From Patescibacteria group bacterium (GTDB taxonomy: Bacteria > Patescibacteriota > Patescibacteriia > UBA9934 > GWF2-40-263): a stretch of 64,000 bases of DNA. The translations under genes and the position numbers were made by a program. The notes under the pieces were generated by a model, which saw nothing but the letters and a program-made list of their open reading frames with translations, was not told where the DNA came from and did no database searches. Positions 1 to 8,681 of the stretch are shown one piece after another. Numbering within the stretch: position 1 is the first letter of the stretch; the number at the start of each line of letters is the position of its first letter. Location: assembly GCA_004297215.1 (NCBI GenBank), contig SCUM01000001.1:678716-742715 (forward strand), read 5' to 3'.

Positions 1-1255
1 TCAATTCTCCGGCATTGGGTGCAAGGATATGGACTCCCATAATCTGTTTTGTCTGGGGGTGAATCGCCATTTTAATAAGTCCTTCAGTGCGGTGCATGAT
101 GATAGCTTTAGGAACATCCTCAAACGAAACGGTGCGACAAGCACAAACGCCCATTTGCCTCATCTGCTCGTCTTCGGTAAGTCCGACACCGGCAAGCTGG
201 GGATCGGTAAAAATCGTGTAAGGCACGGTATTGTAATCAATAGAAAGCGTTGTGCCTTTGAGCGCATTTTCAGCTGCGAGCGTGCCTTCGCGTCCGGCAG
301 TCGGCTCAAGACGCAGGGGGCCGTTCGTAACATCTCCGACGGCAAACACATTAGGATTTGATGTCTTAAAACGCTGATCCACTGTAATGGCTTGCTTCTT
401 ATCAATTTCAACGCCTGCAACATCAAGACCGATCCCTTGCGTGTTTGGGATTTTGCCGGCGGCCAAGAGTATTTCGTCCGCAGAAATTTCCTCCGGCTTG
501 CCACCAACAGTGTACGAAACAACTTTTTTATCGCTCTCTTTGCGCGCGCTTTTTACCTCGGCATTCGTCTTTATGATAATGCCTTCTTTCTCCAGTATTT
601 GCTGAAGGCGATCCGTAAGAATCTTTTCAGCCGGAGGAAAGATTGAAGCTCCGCGCTGGAGAATGGTTACTTTCGTGCCAAAACGCGAGAACATCTGGGC
701 AAACTCAAGACCGAGAGGCCCTGCACCGACCACAATCAGCTCCTTCGGCTGTTTTTCAAGCTTTAATGCCTCAATATGTGTTATAAAGCCAGCTCCATTG
801 ATTCCCTCAATCGTAGGCACAGTAGCGGTAGAACCAGCTGCGATAATGAATTTCTCCGCACTTAATTTTTCACCATTTACTTCTATCTCATTTTGAGAAA
901 CAAATTTTGCTCTGCCTTCAATTGCCGTTACATGCTCCAAATTCTTTAATACTTTTTCGTATTTTTCTTGGCGCAATTTTTCCACAAGCGAGAGTTCGTC
1001 TTGCACGACTTTTTGAAAATCAAAGTTTTTCACCTCAATCTCAACACCGGCGACGCCGTGATGTTTGGCGTGGTGCAAAATCTCGCCGGCATAGAGTAGC
1101 GTCTTTGACGGCACACAGCCGACATTGACGCACGTGCCGCCGAGCGGAAGGCCGGAGTTCACAAGCGCGGTTTTTGCGCCGAGTTCATTGGCGCGGATAG
1201 CGGCTGCAAACGCGCCTGCACCGCCACCGATAATGATAAGGTCAAATTTTTGCAT
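1..1255 (-). CDS. merA: Mercuric reductase-like pyridine nucleotide-disulfide oxidoreductase (runs off the left edge)
   Basis: Hand translation from ATG 1255 gives MQKFDLIIIGGGAGAFAAAIRA...LGGTCVNVGCVPSKTLL (FAD-binding and redox CxxxxC motifs) and ...GVHILAPNAGEL at the window edge. No N-terminal NmerA domain. The diagnostic C-terminal CC lies outside the window. Confidence 0.8.
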   Translation of the reverse strand, partial: MQKFDLIIIGGGAGAFAAAIRANELGAKTALVNSGLPLGGTCVNVGCVPSKTLLYAGEILHHAKHHGVAGVEIEVKNFDFQKVVQDELSLVEKLRQEKYEKVLKNLEHVTAIEGRAKFVSQNEIEVNGEKLSAEKFIIAAGSTATVPTIEGINGAGFITHIEALKLEKQPKELIVVGAGPLGLEFAQMFSRFGTKVTILQRGASIFPPAEKILTDRLQQILEKEGIIIKTNAEVKSARKESDKKVVSYTVGGKPEEISADEILLAAGKIPNTQGIGLDVAGVEIDKKQAITVDQRFKTSNPNVFAVGDVTNGPLRLEPTAGREGTLAAENALKGTTLSIDYNTVPYTIFTDPQLAGVGLTEDEQMRQMGVCACRTVSFEDVPKAIIMHRTEGLIKMAIHPQTKQIMGVHILAPNAGEL

Positions 1256-1261
1256 AGTGTT

Positions 1262-1576
1262 TTATGGCCACAGTCTGTCTTTGAGCATATTCGCTAAAGA
1301 CGACTGTTTTAATTGGTAATATACAGTTCTGAAATCCCTTCGATTTTCAACAATATCGGCTTCTTTGAGCTTCTTTAGAGTATGGGACACGGCGGAAATG
1401 GATACGCCGATAATCTCTGCAATTTCTCCCACCGACAGCTCTCCATGCCGGCAGAGAAGATAACAAATCTTCAGTCGTGTCGGATCGCCGACCATATTGA
1501 ATTCTTTGGCACACTGAAGAATTGCCTTTTTATCTTTAAGCTCCTTTTTTATCTGCTGTACATTTCTCGTTTGCAT
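1262..1576 (-). CDS. ArsR/SmtB/CadC family metal-responsive repressor
   Basis: DPTRLKI...ELSVGEIAEIIGVSISAVSHTLKKL...V.Y winged HTH; directly upstream of merA. Confidence 0.92.
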   Translation of the reverse strand: MQTRNVQQIKKELKDKKAILQCAKEFNMVGDPTRLKICYLLCRHGELSVGEIAEIIGVSISAVSHTLKKLKEADIVENRRDFRTVYYQLKQSSLANMLKDRLWP

Positions 1577-1615
1577 AGATATTCAAATGATAGCGAAAAA
1601 AATAAAATAGCGCAA
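1569..1615 (-). promoter_or_regulatory. Sigma70-like promoter and probable ArsR operator of arsR-merA
   Basis: Minus strand TTGCGC-17nt-TATCAT. Imperfect palindrome TTTGCATA-GA-TATTCAAA overlaps the start codon and resembles CadC/SmtB boxes. Confidence 0.55.
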
Positions 1616-1636
1616 GATCAAATGCCGAATCCACGT

Positions 1637-3247
1637 TTATTTGAATACAAGCTCCACCCCGAACCTGTTGGCATCCACACTTTCCCTCAGAACCTCAACG
1701 CGGCTCACTGTGCTTAAAAGTATGTTGCGCAGGATCGGCTTATTAGCGGCGAGGTTATCTTTGAGCGCTTCAATCTTCTGAATGCTTTTGAACGCATAAT
1801 CCTTTGCGCGAAGCCGCATCAGATGCGTATCAAGACGCTCGCGCTCCTGAGCAATTTTCTTAAATTCCCCATCCAGTTTCGTCTTTCGCTCCCCGAACAT
1901 TTTTATATCCAGCACTCCGTTCTCGTATGCAGTGACCAGCCGGGCAAGCTTTTCTCTGTTTTTGCTTTCCTGCAGAGACACGGCCTTAACCTCGCGCTCA
2001 ACGCGCTTCGATTCGCTGGCTTTCTGATCCTGAATGAGCTGCGACAGAAGCTCCTTATTGTTTGCAATCTCAACGAATTTGTCGATGACCACGCTATCCA
2101 GCAATTCCATCGCAATATACTTATTTCCGCACTTCCGGAATGCATGGAATTTTGCGCAGACATAGTAAGGAGGCGCGTGGCTGTCATCGCCGGCATTATA
2201 GGCCCACATCGTAGAACCGCAGTGGGCGCACTTAACCAGTCCTGACAAAAGAGCCGTGGCATTGCTTGCTCTGCCTTTTATAGTGCTCTTTGCATCAATG
2301 ATGCTCTGCACCTGCCAAAAAATTTCCTCGCGGATGATCGCCGGATGATTGCCTTTAGTGATGACCCACTTCGACGCAGGCTGCTTTTTCTGCTTGCCGA
2401 AGAATGTTCGCTTATGCTGCCAGCGCACAAGGCCGGCATACACCGGATTGGTAAGAACGAGCTTCACTGTCGAGTAGTACCAAAGCTTGCCGGACGGACT
2501 CGGAATCCCTCGGTCATTCAGGTAGTTGGCGATGTCGCGGTAGCTTTTATTTTCAAGATAGCGGTCGTAAATCTGCCTGACAATTTCCGCATCAGCATCG
2601 GTGACGACAACCTCGATCTTTGATTTGCCGTTGCCGAGATCAGTAACCTTCGGGTCGTATCCATACGGAGGGGATGAAGGATGCGGGAGATCGCCCCGCT
2701 TCACTTTATTGCCCATGCCCTGCCAGTAGCGCCGGCGTGTCGAATGAATTTCAATAGCGGACTTAAGCGCGCCGAACGTCTGGCTGAAGACGCGCTGGTC
2801 ATTATAGATGTTGATATTCTGCGGATCATCCGGCTCCACCGGCTGATTGCAGGAATACACCTGAATGCCCCTCTTCAGCAGCAGCTTGCAGATTGTCTGC
2901 GAATCGGCATGATCGCGGCCAAGCCGATCATAGTCGTAAACCACCAGCACATCAAACGGCCGGCCGTTATTTGTGGATCGCAGCAGACCAAAAAATCCCT
3001 TCATGTCTTCAGGGACTTCTTCGGGCATGATCTCGTTGCCAAGCCACAGCTGGGTAATGAGGGCCTCGAATGCTTCGCGCCCCTTTACCTCGCGTCCGCT
3101 CTCAATATCTTTGATGGGAGCCATCACTAGCTCCCATCCGTGGTCTTTTATGGCTTTATCGCAGGCGTTGATCTGATGATCGATGCTGCCCTTATTCTCT
3201 TTTGCTTGTTGCTCGGTGGAAACCCGAACGTAGGTGACGGCGCGCAT
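1637..3247 (-). CDS. Large serine recombinase (integrase)
   Basis: YVRVSTEQQ catalytic motif, DRLGR, recombinase domain PPYGY...ILTNPVYAG-like...HPAII, zinc ribbon LLSGLVKCAHCG...YYVC...C, then a coiled coil. Confidence 0.97.
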   Translation of the reverse strand: MRAVTYVRVSTEQQAKENKGSIDHQINACDKAIKDHGWELVMAPIKDIESGREVKGREAFEALITQLWLGNEIMPEEVPEDMKGFFGLLRSTNNGRPFDVLVVYDYDRLGRDHADSQTICKLLLKRGIQVYSCNQPVEPDDPQNINIYNDQRVFSQTFGALKSAIEIHSTRRRYWQGMGNKVKRGDLPHPSSPPYGYDPKVTDLGNGKSKIEVVVTDADAEIVRQIYDRYLENKSYRDIANYLNDRGIPSPSGKLWYYSTVKLVLTNPVYAGLVRWQHKRTFFGKQKKQPASKWVITKGNHPAIIREEIFWQVQSIIDAKSTIKGRASNATALLSGLVKCAHCGSTMWAYNAGDDSHAPPYYVCAKFHAFRKCGNKYIAMELLDSVVIDKFVEIANNKELLSQLIQDQKASESKRVEREVKAVSLQESKNREKLARLVTAYENGVLDIKMFGERKTKLDGEFKKIAQERERLDTHLMRLRAKDYAFKSIQKIEALKDNLAANKPILRNILLSTVSRVEVLRESVDANRFGVELVFK

Positions 3248-3256
3248 AGCATATTA

Positions 3257-4021
3257 TCAGTATTTCTTAATGTGATAGACGAGCCTGCCCTGAATGCTCA
3301 CCTCTCGGAGCTTATAAACCTTTTTGAAGGTCTTGGAGGCAGGCCGGAGCTCGACGTGATCCTTTTTCTTAAAGAAATACTTCATGGTAATGCCGTCAGG
3401 CGTTGCAGCGAGGACAATATCTCCGTCGTCCGGCCGTGCATCGGCATCAAAGACGCAGATGTCTCCGGTATTGATACCCGCTTCTTCCATAGAAACGCCG
3501 TCGGCGCGCAATGCAAAAATCTCGTGGGCATGGATCACCGCTGACCGGGGGAGCGCAATAACGTCCTCATCGCCCTGCTGAACATCGATGATGTCTCCGG
3601 CCGGAGCAATCCCAAGAATCGGAATCTGCACGAAATCATTTTCTTTCCTGTCGCCAAGCATGGAGCGCACTGCGCCCAAGACCTCGGACAGCTTCTCTTC
3701 TGCAGTCCTAAGCTCTGCGGCCTGCGGGAGCTTTTTGATATCAAACGAATAGCTCTTGTCGATGCCGACGCTTTGAATTGCCCTGCCTGCCTTTACCTCG
3801 ATCCAGCGCTTTGTGAGGTCGTCCTTCGGAATTTCATAGGCACGCGAAAGGGCCTCGAGCTGCTTCTCGGACGGAAAACGTATGCCAAGCTCCCAGTTGC
3901 CAATCTGCGACTGGCTGACTTTCAGGCGGTCGGCAATTTCGCGCTGGGTCAGATTCTTCCCTTCCCTCGCGCTTTTTAGATATGCCCCAAAGTTAGTAAC
4001 CATAGGATTATCAACACTCAT
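3257..4021 (-). CDS. CI/LexA-like repressor (HTH plus S24 peptidase)
   Basis: N-terminal XRE HTH (LTQREIADRL...WELG); APAG cleavage site, GVSM catalytic Ser and TMKY Lys. Alternative start at 4003. Confidence 0.93.
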   Translation of the reverse strand: MSVDNPMVTNFGAYLKSAREGKNLTQREIADRLKVSQSQIGNWELGIRFPSEKQLEALSRAYEIPKDDLTKRWIEVKAGRAIQSVGIDKSYSFDIKKLPQAAELRTAEEKLSEVLGAVRSMLGDRKENDFVQIPILGIAPAGDIIDVQQGDEDVIALPRSAVIHAHEIFALRADGVSMEEAGINTGDICVFDADARPDDGDIVLAATPDGITMKYFFKKKDHVELRPASKTFKKVYKLREVSIQGRLVYHIKKY

Positions 4022-4175
4022 GATGTAATTATACCAAATCTGTAATCAAGTGCAAATACCCCTACCTGTGGATAGACAGTATTCCGGCCTTTTTTGCCAC
4101 CGAGTTATCCACTGCACCTGCTTTTGACTATCACACCAGAAATGATTATACTTACAACAAGAGTGATGTAATACT
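4011..4175. promoter_or_regulatory. Divergent cI/cro genetic switch with operators
   Basis: Plus promoter TTGACT(4124)-17-TATACT(4147). Minus promoter TTGCAC-16-TATAAT with extended TG. Operator-like boxes at 4011-4026, 4133-4148 and 4154-4169. Confidence 0.8.
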
Positions 4176-4391
4176 ATGAAAACACCAGCAAAACCCCAAA
4201 AGAACCGCCAGCTGATCCAGGCCCGCAAAGAGCGCGGGTGGACGCAAAGAGAAATGGCGAAAGTCATCGGAATCAGCAGCAATTCATATCTGAGCCGTCT
4301 GGAGGCCGGACTTATTCGGCCACGCGTCGACACGGCACGAAGAATAGCCCTCGCCTTAGGGAAGCCTGTCGATGAAATTTTTTTGCACTGA
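4176..4391 (+). CDS. Cro-like XRE HTH regulator
   Basis: ARKERGWTQREMAKVIGIS..YLSRLEAG...IALALGKPVDEIF; divergent from cI. Confidence 0.92.
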   Translation: MKTPAKPQKNRQLIQARKERGWTQREMAKVIGISSNSYLSRLEAGLIRPRVDTARRIALALGKPVDEIFLH

Positions 4392-4425
4392 AATCACACC
4401 AAAAATGATGTAAGACACAGCAACT

Positions 4426-4938
4426 ATGACAAAGCTTATCTGCAAAAACTGCAAAAAAGAATTCAATGCCGACCGGCCTGAGCGCAAATTCTGTTCGAAC
4501 AAATGCCGGCAGGGGGGCTCGCGCAAATTCCTGCCGGCAGATTGTGCGACGTGCGGAAAGAGATTCCGCCCCGACGCACCGGACAGGAAATACTGCTCAA
4601 AAGAATGCTTCAACAAGCGCCCGAGCAAAAACCGCATGCACTGCCAAATGTGCAAAAAAGAATTTGATGCGGATTCTTCAAAGCGGAAATTCTGCTCCAA
4701 CGAATGCCGAAACAAAGCATACGGAACAGTGCGCATCGCCGAAGAGGCGACGGGCAAAGCGTACCTGTTCGGCCGGAGCAGGGCCACGGCAAAAGTATGC
4801 GTCGAGGCAGACGGCGTGCGCTACGACCTCGACGATCCGGCAAACAGAAAGCACCGCGACCGCGTCTCGCAAAACATCCTTCTCACAGTCGCAAAAATGA
4901 ACGGCACGCTTGACGTGCTTCTTGAACATTCGCCTTAG
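4426..4938 (+). CDS. Protein with three CxxC...CSxxC zinc-finger repeats
   Basis: CKNCKKEF..RKFCSNKC / CATCGKRF..RKYCSKEC / CQMCKKEF..RKFCSNEC. Confidence 0.8.
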   Translation: MTKLICKNCKKEFNADRPERKFCSNKCRQGGSRKFLPADCATCGKRFRPDAPDRKYCSKECFNKRPSKNRMHCQMCKKEFDADSSKRKFCSNECRNKAYGTVRIAEEATGKAYLFGRSRATAKVCVEADGVRYDLDDPANRKHRDRVSQNILLTVAKMNGTLDVLLEHSP

Positions 4939-5038
4939 AGGCCCGCAGCCCCTAAGGCGAGCGCTCAAGCGCTCGGAAAAGGTCGACGGAGCAACGACTC
5001 CGACAACAACCGGCAGCAAACATTAAGAAGCACCCCCT

Positions 5039-5230
5039 ATGACAGAACAACCACCAAAAGAAATCCCGATAACAAAGGCACAGAAAATTCTGATCCAGAG
5101 CTGCCTTATTCAGTGCCTCGACCTTAACCGAGAAGCAAGAAAATACGCCGAAGGCAAAGAAGAAAAAGAGCTGAAAGCGGAAGCAAAGCTCATTCGGGAA
5201 ACTCTCATGGCCATTCAAAAGGTCAAATAG
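5039..5230 (+). CDS. Hypothetical phage early protein
   Basis: tATG start, codon style and operon position. Confidence 0.6.
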   Translation: MTEQPPKEIPITKAQKILIQSCLIQCLDLNREARKYAEGKEEKELKAEAKLIRETLMAIQKVK

Positions 5231-5262
5231 CTTCCGCACTTAGAAATTAACAACTACGAATT

Positions 5263-5526
5263 ATGCAGCAAGCAAAACACATCGCATCAATAACCTTCCA
5301 GTCTCTCGCATTCCTCATGATGCTCGACCTGCTGATCCTGTTTGCATCGATCGGGCAGATCGCACTCGAAGGGCGCACCGGACACTGGAATCCGTTCTGG
5401 CGCACGCAGGCCGAAATGGTCGTCCGGCTTCTCCCTCAAAACGAAAAGAAGCCCGTCTTTGCAGAGCTGGCTTCTTCCGAGCCGATCCTTTCGGATCAAC
5501 AAGCTAATCATATCACCCAGCGCTGA
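5263..5526 (+). CDS. Hypothetical membrane protein
   Basis: One hydrophobic segment (SLAFLMMLDLLILFASIG); operonic. Confidence 0.6.
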   Translation: MQQAKHIASITFQSLAFLMMLDLLILFASIGQIALEGRTGHWNPFWRTQAEMVVRLLPQNEKKPVFAELASSEPILSDQQANHITQR

Positions 5527-5529
5527 ACT

Positions 5530-5688
5530 ATGTCTACACCAATCGCAGAAGAGACATGCGAATTGTGCGGAGGCGAGGGTGAAATCACAACGATGGAGCA
5601 GGTATGGCCGGGAGAGCCGCATTATGCCCCCATCGGAACGCAGAGATGCCTCTGCCAAATTCCGGAAATCGAACCGGAATACGCATAA
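5530..5688 (+). CDS. Small zinc-ribbon protein (52 aa, not in the ORF track)
   Basis: Hand translation MSTPIAEETCELCGGEGEI...GTQRCLCQIPEIEPEYA*; CxxCxGxG...CxC. Confidence 0.65.
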   Translation: MSTPIAEETCELCGGEGEITTMEQVWPGEPHYAPIGTQRCLCQIPEIEPEYA

Positions 5689-5724
5689 ATCAAGAAAAAT
5701 TAACGAAATCTTAAAGAAGCCCCT

Positions 5725-6534
5725 ATGACAAACCAACCAACAACGCATGTCGCCACAACGCCGAACCAAAGGCCGGCAACCACGCTGGAGCAGTTCCGGC
5801 ATCAGCTTGTCGGCGACTATCAGAAACAGGTGCTCAATTACTTCAATGGCCAAAAAGAAAAAGCCATGAAGTTTATGAGCGCAGTCGTCTACTCGGCGCA
5901 GAAAAATCCTGCGCTCTTGGAATGCGACCGCACCACGCTCCTGCATGCCTTCATGGCATGCGCGGAGTACCAGCTCTACCCCTCCAGTGTGTCGGGCGAA
6001 GCATACGTAATCCCTTATAAAGGAAAGGCCCAATTCCAGCTCGGCTATCAGGGCATCATCACCCTGCTCTACCGCGCCGGCGTCGAAGCGGTCAACGCGC
6101 AGATTATCTGCGAAAACGACGCCTTCGAATACGAGGAAGGCCTCGAGCCGAACCTCGTCCACAAGCCGAATGTGCTCAAAGACCGAGGCAAGCCGATCGG
6201 CGTCTACGCCATCGCTGCCATCAACGGGCACAAGCTCTTCAAAGTCCTGTCGGAAGCGGAAGTAATGAAATTCAAAGGATTTTCGCAGAGCAAAAACTCC
6301 GAATACACGCCGTGGAATCCGGACAACGACCCCGAGCTGTGGATGTGGCGCAAGACCGCCATCAAGCAGCTCTCAAAGCTCCTTCCGAAAAACGACGCAC
6401 TGCAGAAAGCAATCTCGGAAGACAATCAGGATTCAGTAATCGAAGCGCGCCGCTCAACCCTCGACGCAGGAGGGCCGGCGGTAGGCCGAGCGCTCCACGA
6501 TCCAAACGCATCTAACGAGCCGGAAGGCAAATAA
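5725..6534 (+). CDS. recT: RecT family single-strand annealing protein
   Basis: NPALLEC...GEAYVIPYKGKAQFQLGYQG...ENDAFEY...M.RKTAIKQLSKLLP, typical of RecT. Confidence 0.93.
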   Translation: MTNQPTTHVATTPNQRPATTLEQFRHQLVGDYQKQVLNYFNGQKEKAMKFMSAVVYSAQKNPALLECDRTTLLHAFMACAEYQLYPSSVSGEAYVIPYKGKAQFQLGYQGIITLLYRAGVEAVNAQIICENDAFEYEEGLEPNLVHKPNVLKDRGKPIGVYAIAAINGHKLFKVLSEAEVMKFKGFSQSKNSEYTPWNPDNDPELWMWRKTAIKQLSKLLPKNDALQKAISEDNQDSVIEARRSTLDAGGPAVGRALHDPNASNEPEGK

Positions 6535-6536
6535 CT

Positions 6537-8675
6537 ATGGAATCACTAACAAACATCCAACAGGCCCCGGGCAAGACAATGCCGATCGGATCGCTGTCAT
6601 ACTCGGCGCTCACACAGCTGCTGCGCAATCCGCTCATCTTCAAAATGAAATACATTCTCGGCGTCTATGACGCAAAGATGAGCGTGTCCGGAATGATCGG
6701 GCGCGCAGGCCACGAAGCGCTGAAAGTGTACTACGGCGGCCACCCCGACATTCCGGTGCCGAAAGACCGCACGGAAGCAATTGCGCTCGCAAAAGAAACC
6801 GGCCTGAAATTCCTCGACGAATTCTCTGATGCTTACATCGAATACGGAAAAACCGGAAGTCGAGAGTCGATGCTCAAAGGATACACGCAGGCAATGGACT
6901 TCTACTTTGCCGAAGAGCCGGAGTACCACGAAATCCTGATGTCGGAGAAAAAACTCGAAGGAGAGCTGCGGACGCTCGGCGGAGATCTGCTGCCCCTCCC
7001 CGCAACCGGCGTGCCCGATCTGGTGCACCGGCGCAAAGACGGCGCAGTGGAAATCATCGACACAAAATTCGTAACCAACTTCACGGATTACGAAACCGAG
7101 GACTACATCAAAATCATCCAGTCGCAATTCATGTTCCATCTGCTCCTCGCCTCGGAGGGGATAAAGGCGGAGCGCATGCTCTTCCGCGAGATCAAGCGAA
7201 CGCTCAACAGCAACGGCAACGCCGGAACTCCGCAGATCAGGGACTGGGCGGTGCCGTTTGACCACGAGCCGTACCGGATTATCTTCTACAACCTCTACAA
7301 AGACGTTGCGAAGTTTCTCTCAAACGATCCGATCTTCCTGCCGAACCTCTCCGACCCATTCGACGGCGAGCACGCAGGACTCATGTATGCGCAGGGCCTC
7401 ATCAACGCGGATATGAGCGACGTCGAAGTGATGCATAAGGTGCGCGACATCGCCTTCACCTCAAAGAAGTTTGTCGCCTCAAGGCTCGACCGGGCAGAAA
7501 ACAAAAATCTGCTGCCCGAAGAGCGGATCAAAGTCCGGCTCGCAGAATTCGGAATACCCGTGGAGCCAGTCGAGACAAGAGCCGGCGCATCGGTAACGCA
7601 GTACCGATTCCGAGTATCGGCCGGAGTAAGAATGACGGCAATCAAAAAGCACAAAGACGACATTGCGCATGCGCTGGGAGCAAAAGGAGAAATAAGAATC
7701 ATCGCTCCGATCCCGGGCACAACGCTGGTCGGCGTCGAAGTAGAAAACGAAACGCGCACTGCGCCGAAGCTCGGCAAAGAGCACCTGAAGCCGGGCACGC
7801 TCTCGCTGCCGATCGGAATCAACGTCAGCGGAGAATGCGTCAGCGTCCCGCTCAGCGAAATGCCGCATCTCCTGATCGCCGGCACAACCGGAAGCGGAAA
7901 ATCCACGCTCCTGCACAACATCATCACCGCACTTACCAAGCAGATGGCTCCTGAAGAAATGGAGCTGGTACTGATTGATCCGAAGCGGGTCGAGCTGGCG
8001 CCGTTTGCACGCAAACCGCACCTGCGCGGAAAAATTATCTACGAATACGACAGCGCAGTGCGCAAGCTGATGGAAATCGCAGATGAAATGGAGCGCAGAT
8101 ATCGGACTCTCGAAAAAGCCGGCAAGCGCGACATCGGCGAATACAACCAAAGCAAGCGGAATGCGGAAAACCGGATGCCTTACATCACGATCGTGGTAGA
8201 CGAATTCGCAGACCTCATACTGCGCGCCGGCATCGAAGAAAAGCGGCGCAAGATCAACGGATACGGACAGAAAAGCCGGCCGTGGCTCTGCAAAGAAATG
8301 GAACGGCGCGGGCAAAATGTGCCTCACGGAATAACCAAGGCAGAGCTGGTCGAAGCGCTCGAAGAGCTGGATGCGCAGGATGAAATGAACCGGCCGGACG
8401 CCAACATCGAACTGCTGCTGGTTCGGCTGGCGCAGATGGCTCGCGCTGTCGGCATCCACCTCATCATCGCAACACAAAGGCCAAGCACCAACGTAATCAC
8501 CGGCCTGATCAAAGCGAACTTCCCGACCCGCATCGCACTGACAACCGCATCGCCGACAGACAGCGAAGTAATACTCGGAAAGCGCGGAGCAGAAAAGCTC
8601 GCCGGCAAAGGCGACATGCTCTTCCTCCACCCCGCCAACCGAGGAGAGGTGCGATTGCAGGGATTCACCATGTAA
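6537..8675 (+). CDS. PD-(D/E)XK nuclease fused to an FtsK/SpoIIIE motor domain
   Basis: N-half: SYSAL, GRAGHEAL, GVPDLV...IIDTK. C-half: PHLLIAGTTGSGKS, IDPKRVE, IVVDEFADL, RAVGIHLIIATQRPS, GAEKLAGKGDML. Confidence 0.9.
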   Translation: MESLTNIQQAPGKTMPIGSLSYSALTQLLRNPLIFKMKYILGVYDAKMSVSGMIGRAGHEALKVYYGGHPDIPVPKDRTEAIALAKETGLKFLDEFSDAYIEYGKTGSRESMLKGYTQAMDFYFAEEPEYHEILMSEKKLEGELRTLGGDLLPLPATGVPDLVHRRKDGAVEIIDTKFVTNFTDYETEDYIKIIQSQFMFHLLLASEGIKAERMLFREIKRTLNSNGNAGTPQIRDWAVPFDHEPYRIIFYNLYKDVAKFLSNDPIFLPNLSDPFDGEHAGLMYAQGLINADMSDVEVMHKVRDIAFTSKKFVASRLDRAENKNLLPEERIKVRLAEFGIPVEPVETRAGASVTQYRFRVSAGVRMTAIKKHKDDIAHALGAKGEIRIIAPIPGTTLVGVEVENETRTAPKLGKEHLKPGTLSLPIGINVSGECVSVPLSEMPHLLIAGTTGSGKSTLLHNIITALTKQMAPEEMELVLIDPKRVELAPFARKPHLRGKIIYEYDSAVRKLMEIADEMERRYRTLEKAGKRDIGEYNQSKRNAENRMPYITIVVDEFADLILRAGIEEKRRKINGYGQKSRPWLCKEMERRGQNVPHGITKAELVEALEELDAQDEMNRPDANIELLLVRLAQMARAVGIHLIIATQRPSTNVITGLIKANFPTRIALTTASPTDSEVILGKRGAEKLAGKGDMLFLHPANRGEVRLQGFTM

Positions 8676-8681
8676 AAACCT

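Noticed and set aside
1577-1636. Left att site next to the integrase
   Set aside because: No comM 3' sequence and no counterpart of the 40050-40072 arm. Short matches to 35456-35591 (AAAATAGCG) are too weak.
8221-8403. Intein in the FtsK domain
   Set aside because: Too short and lacks the C/S start and HN-C/S/T end motifs.
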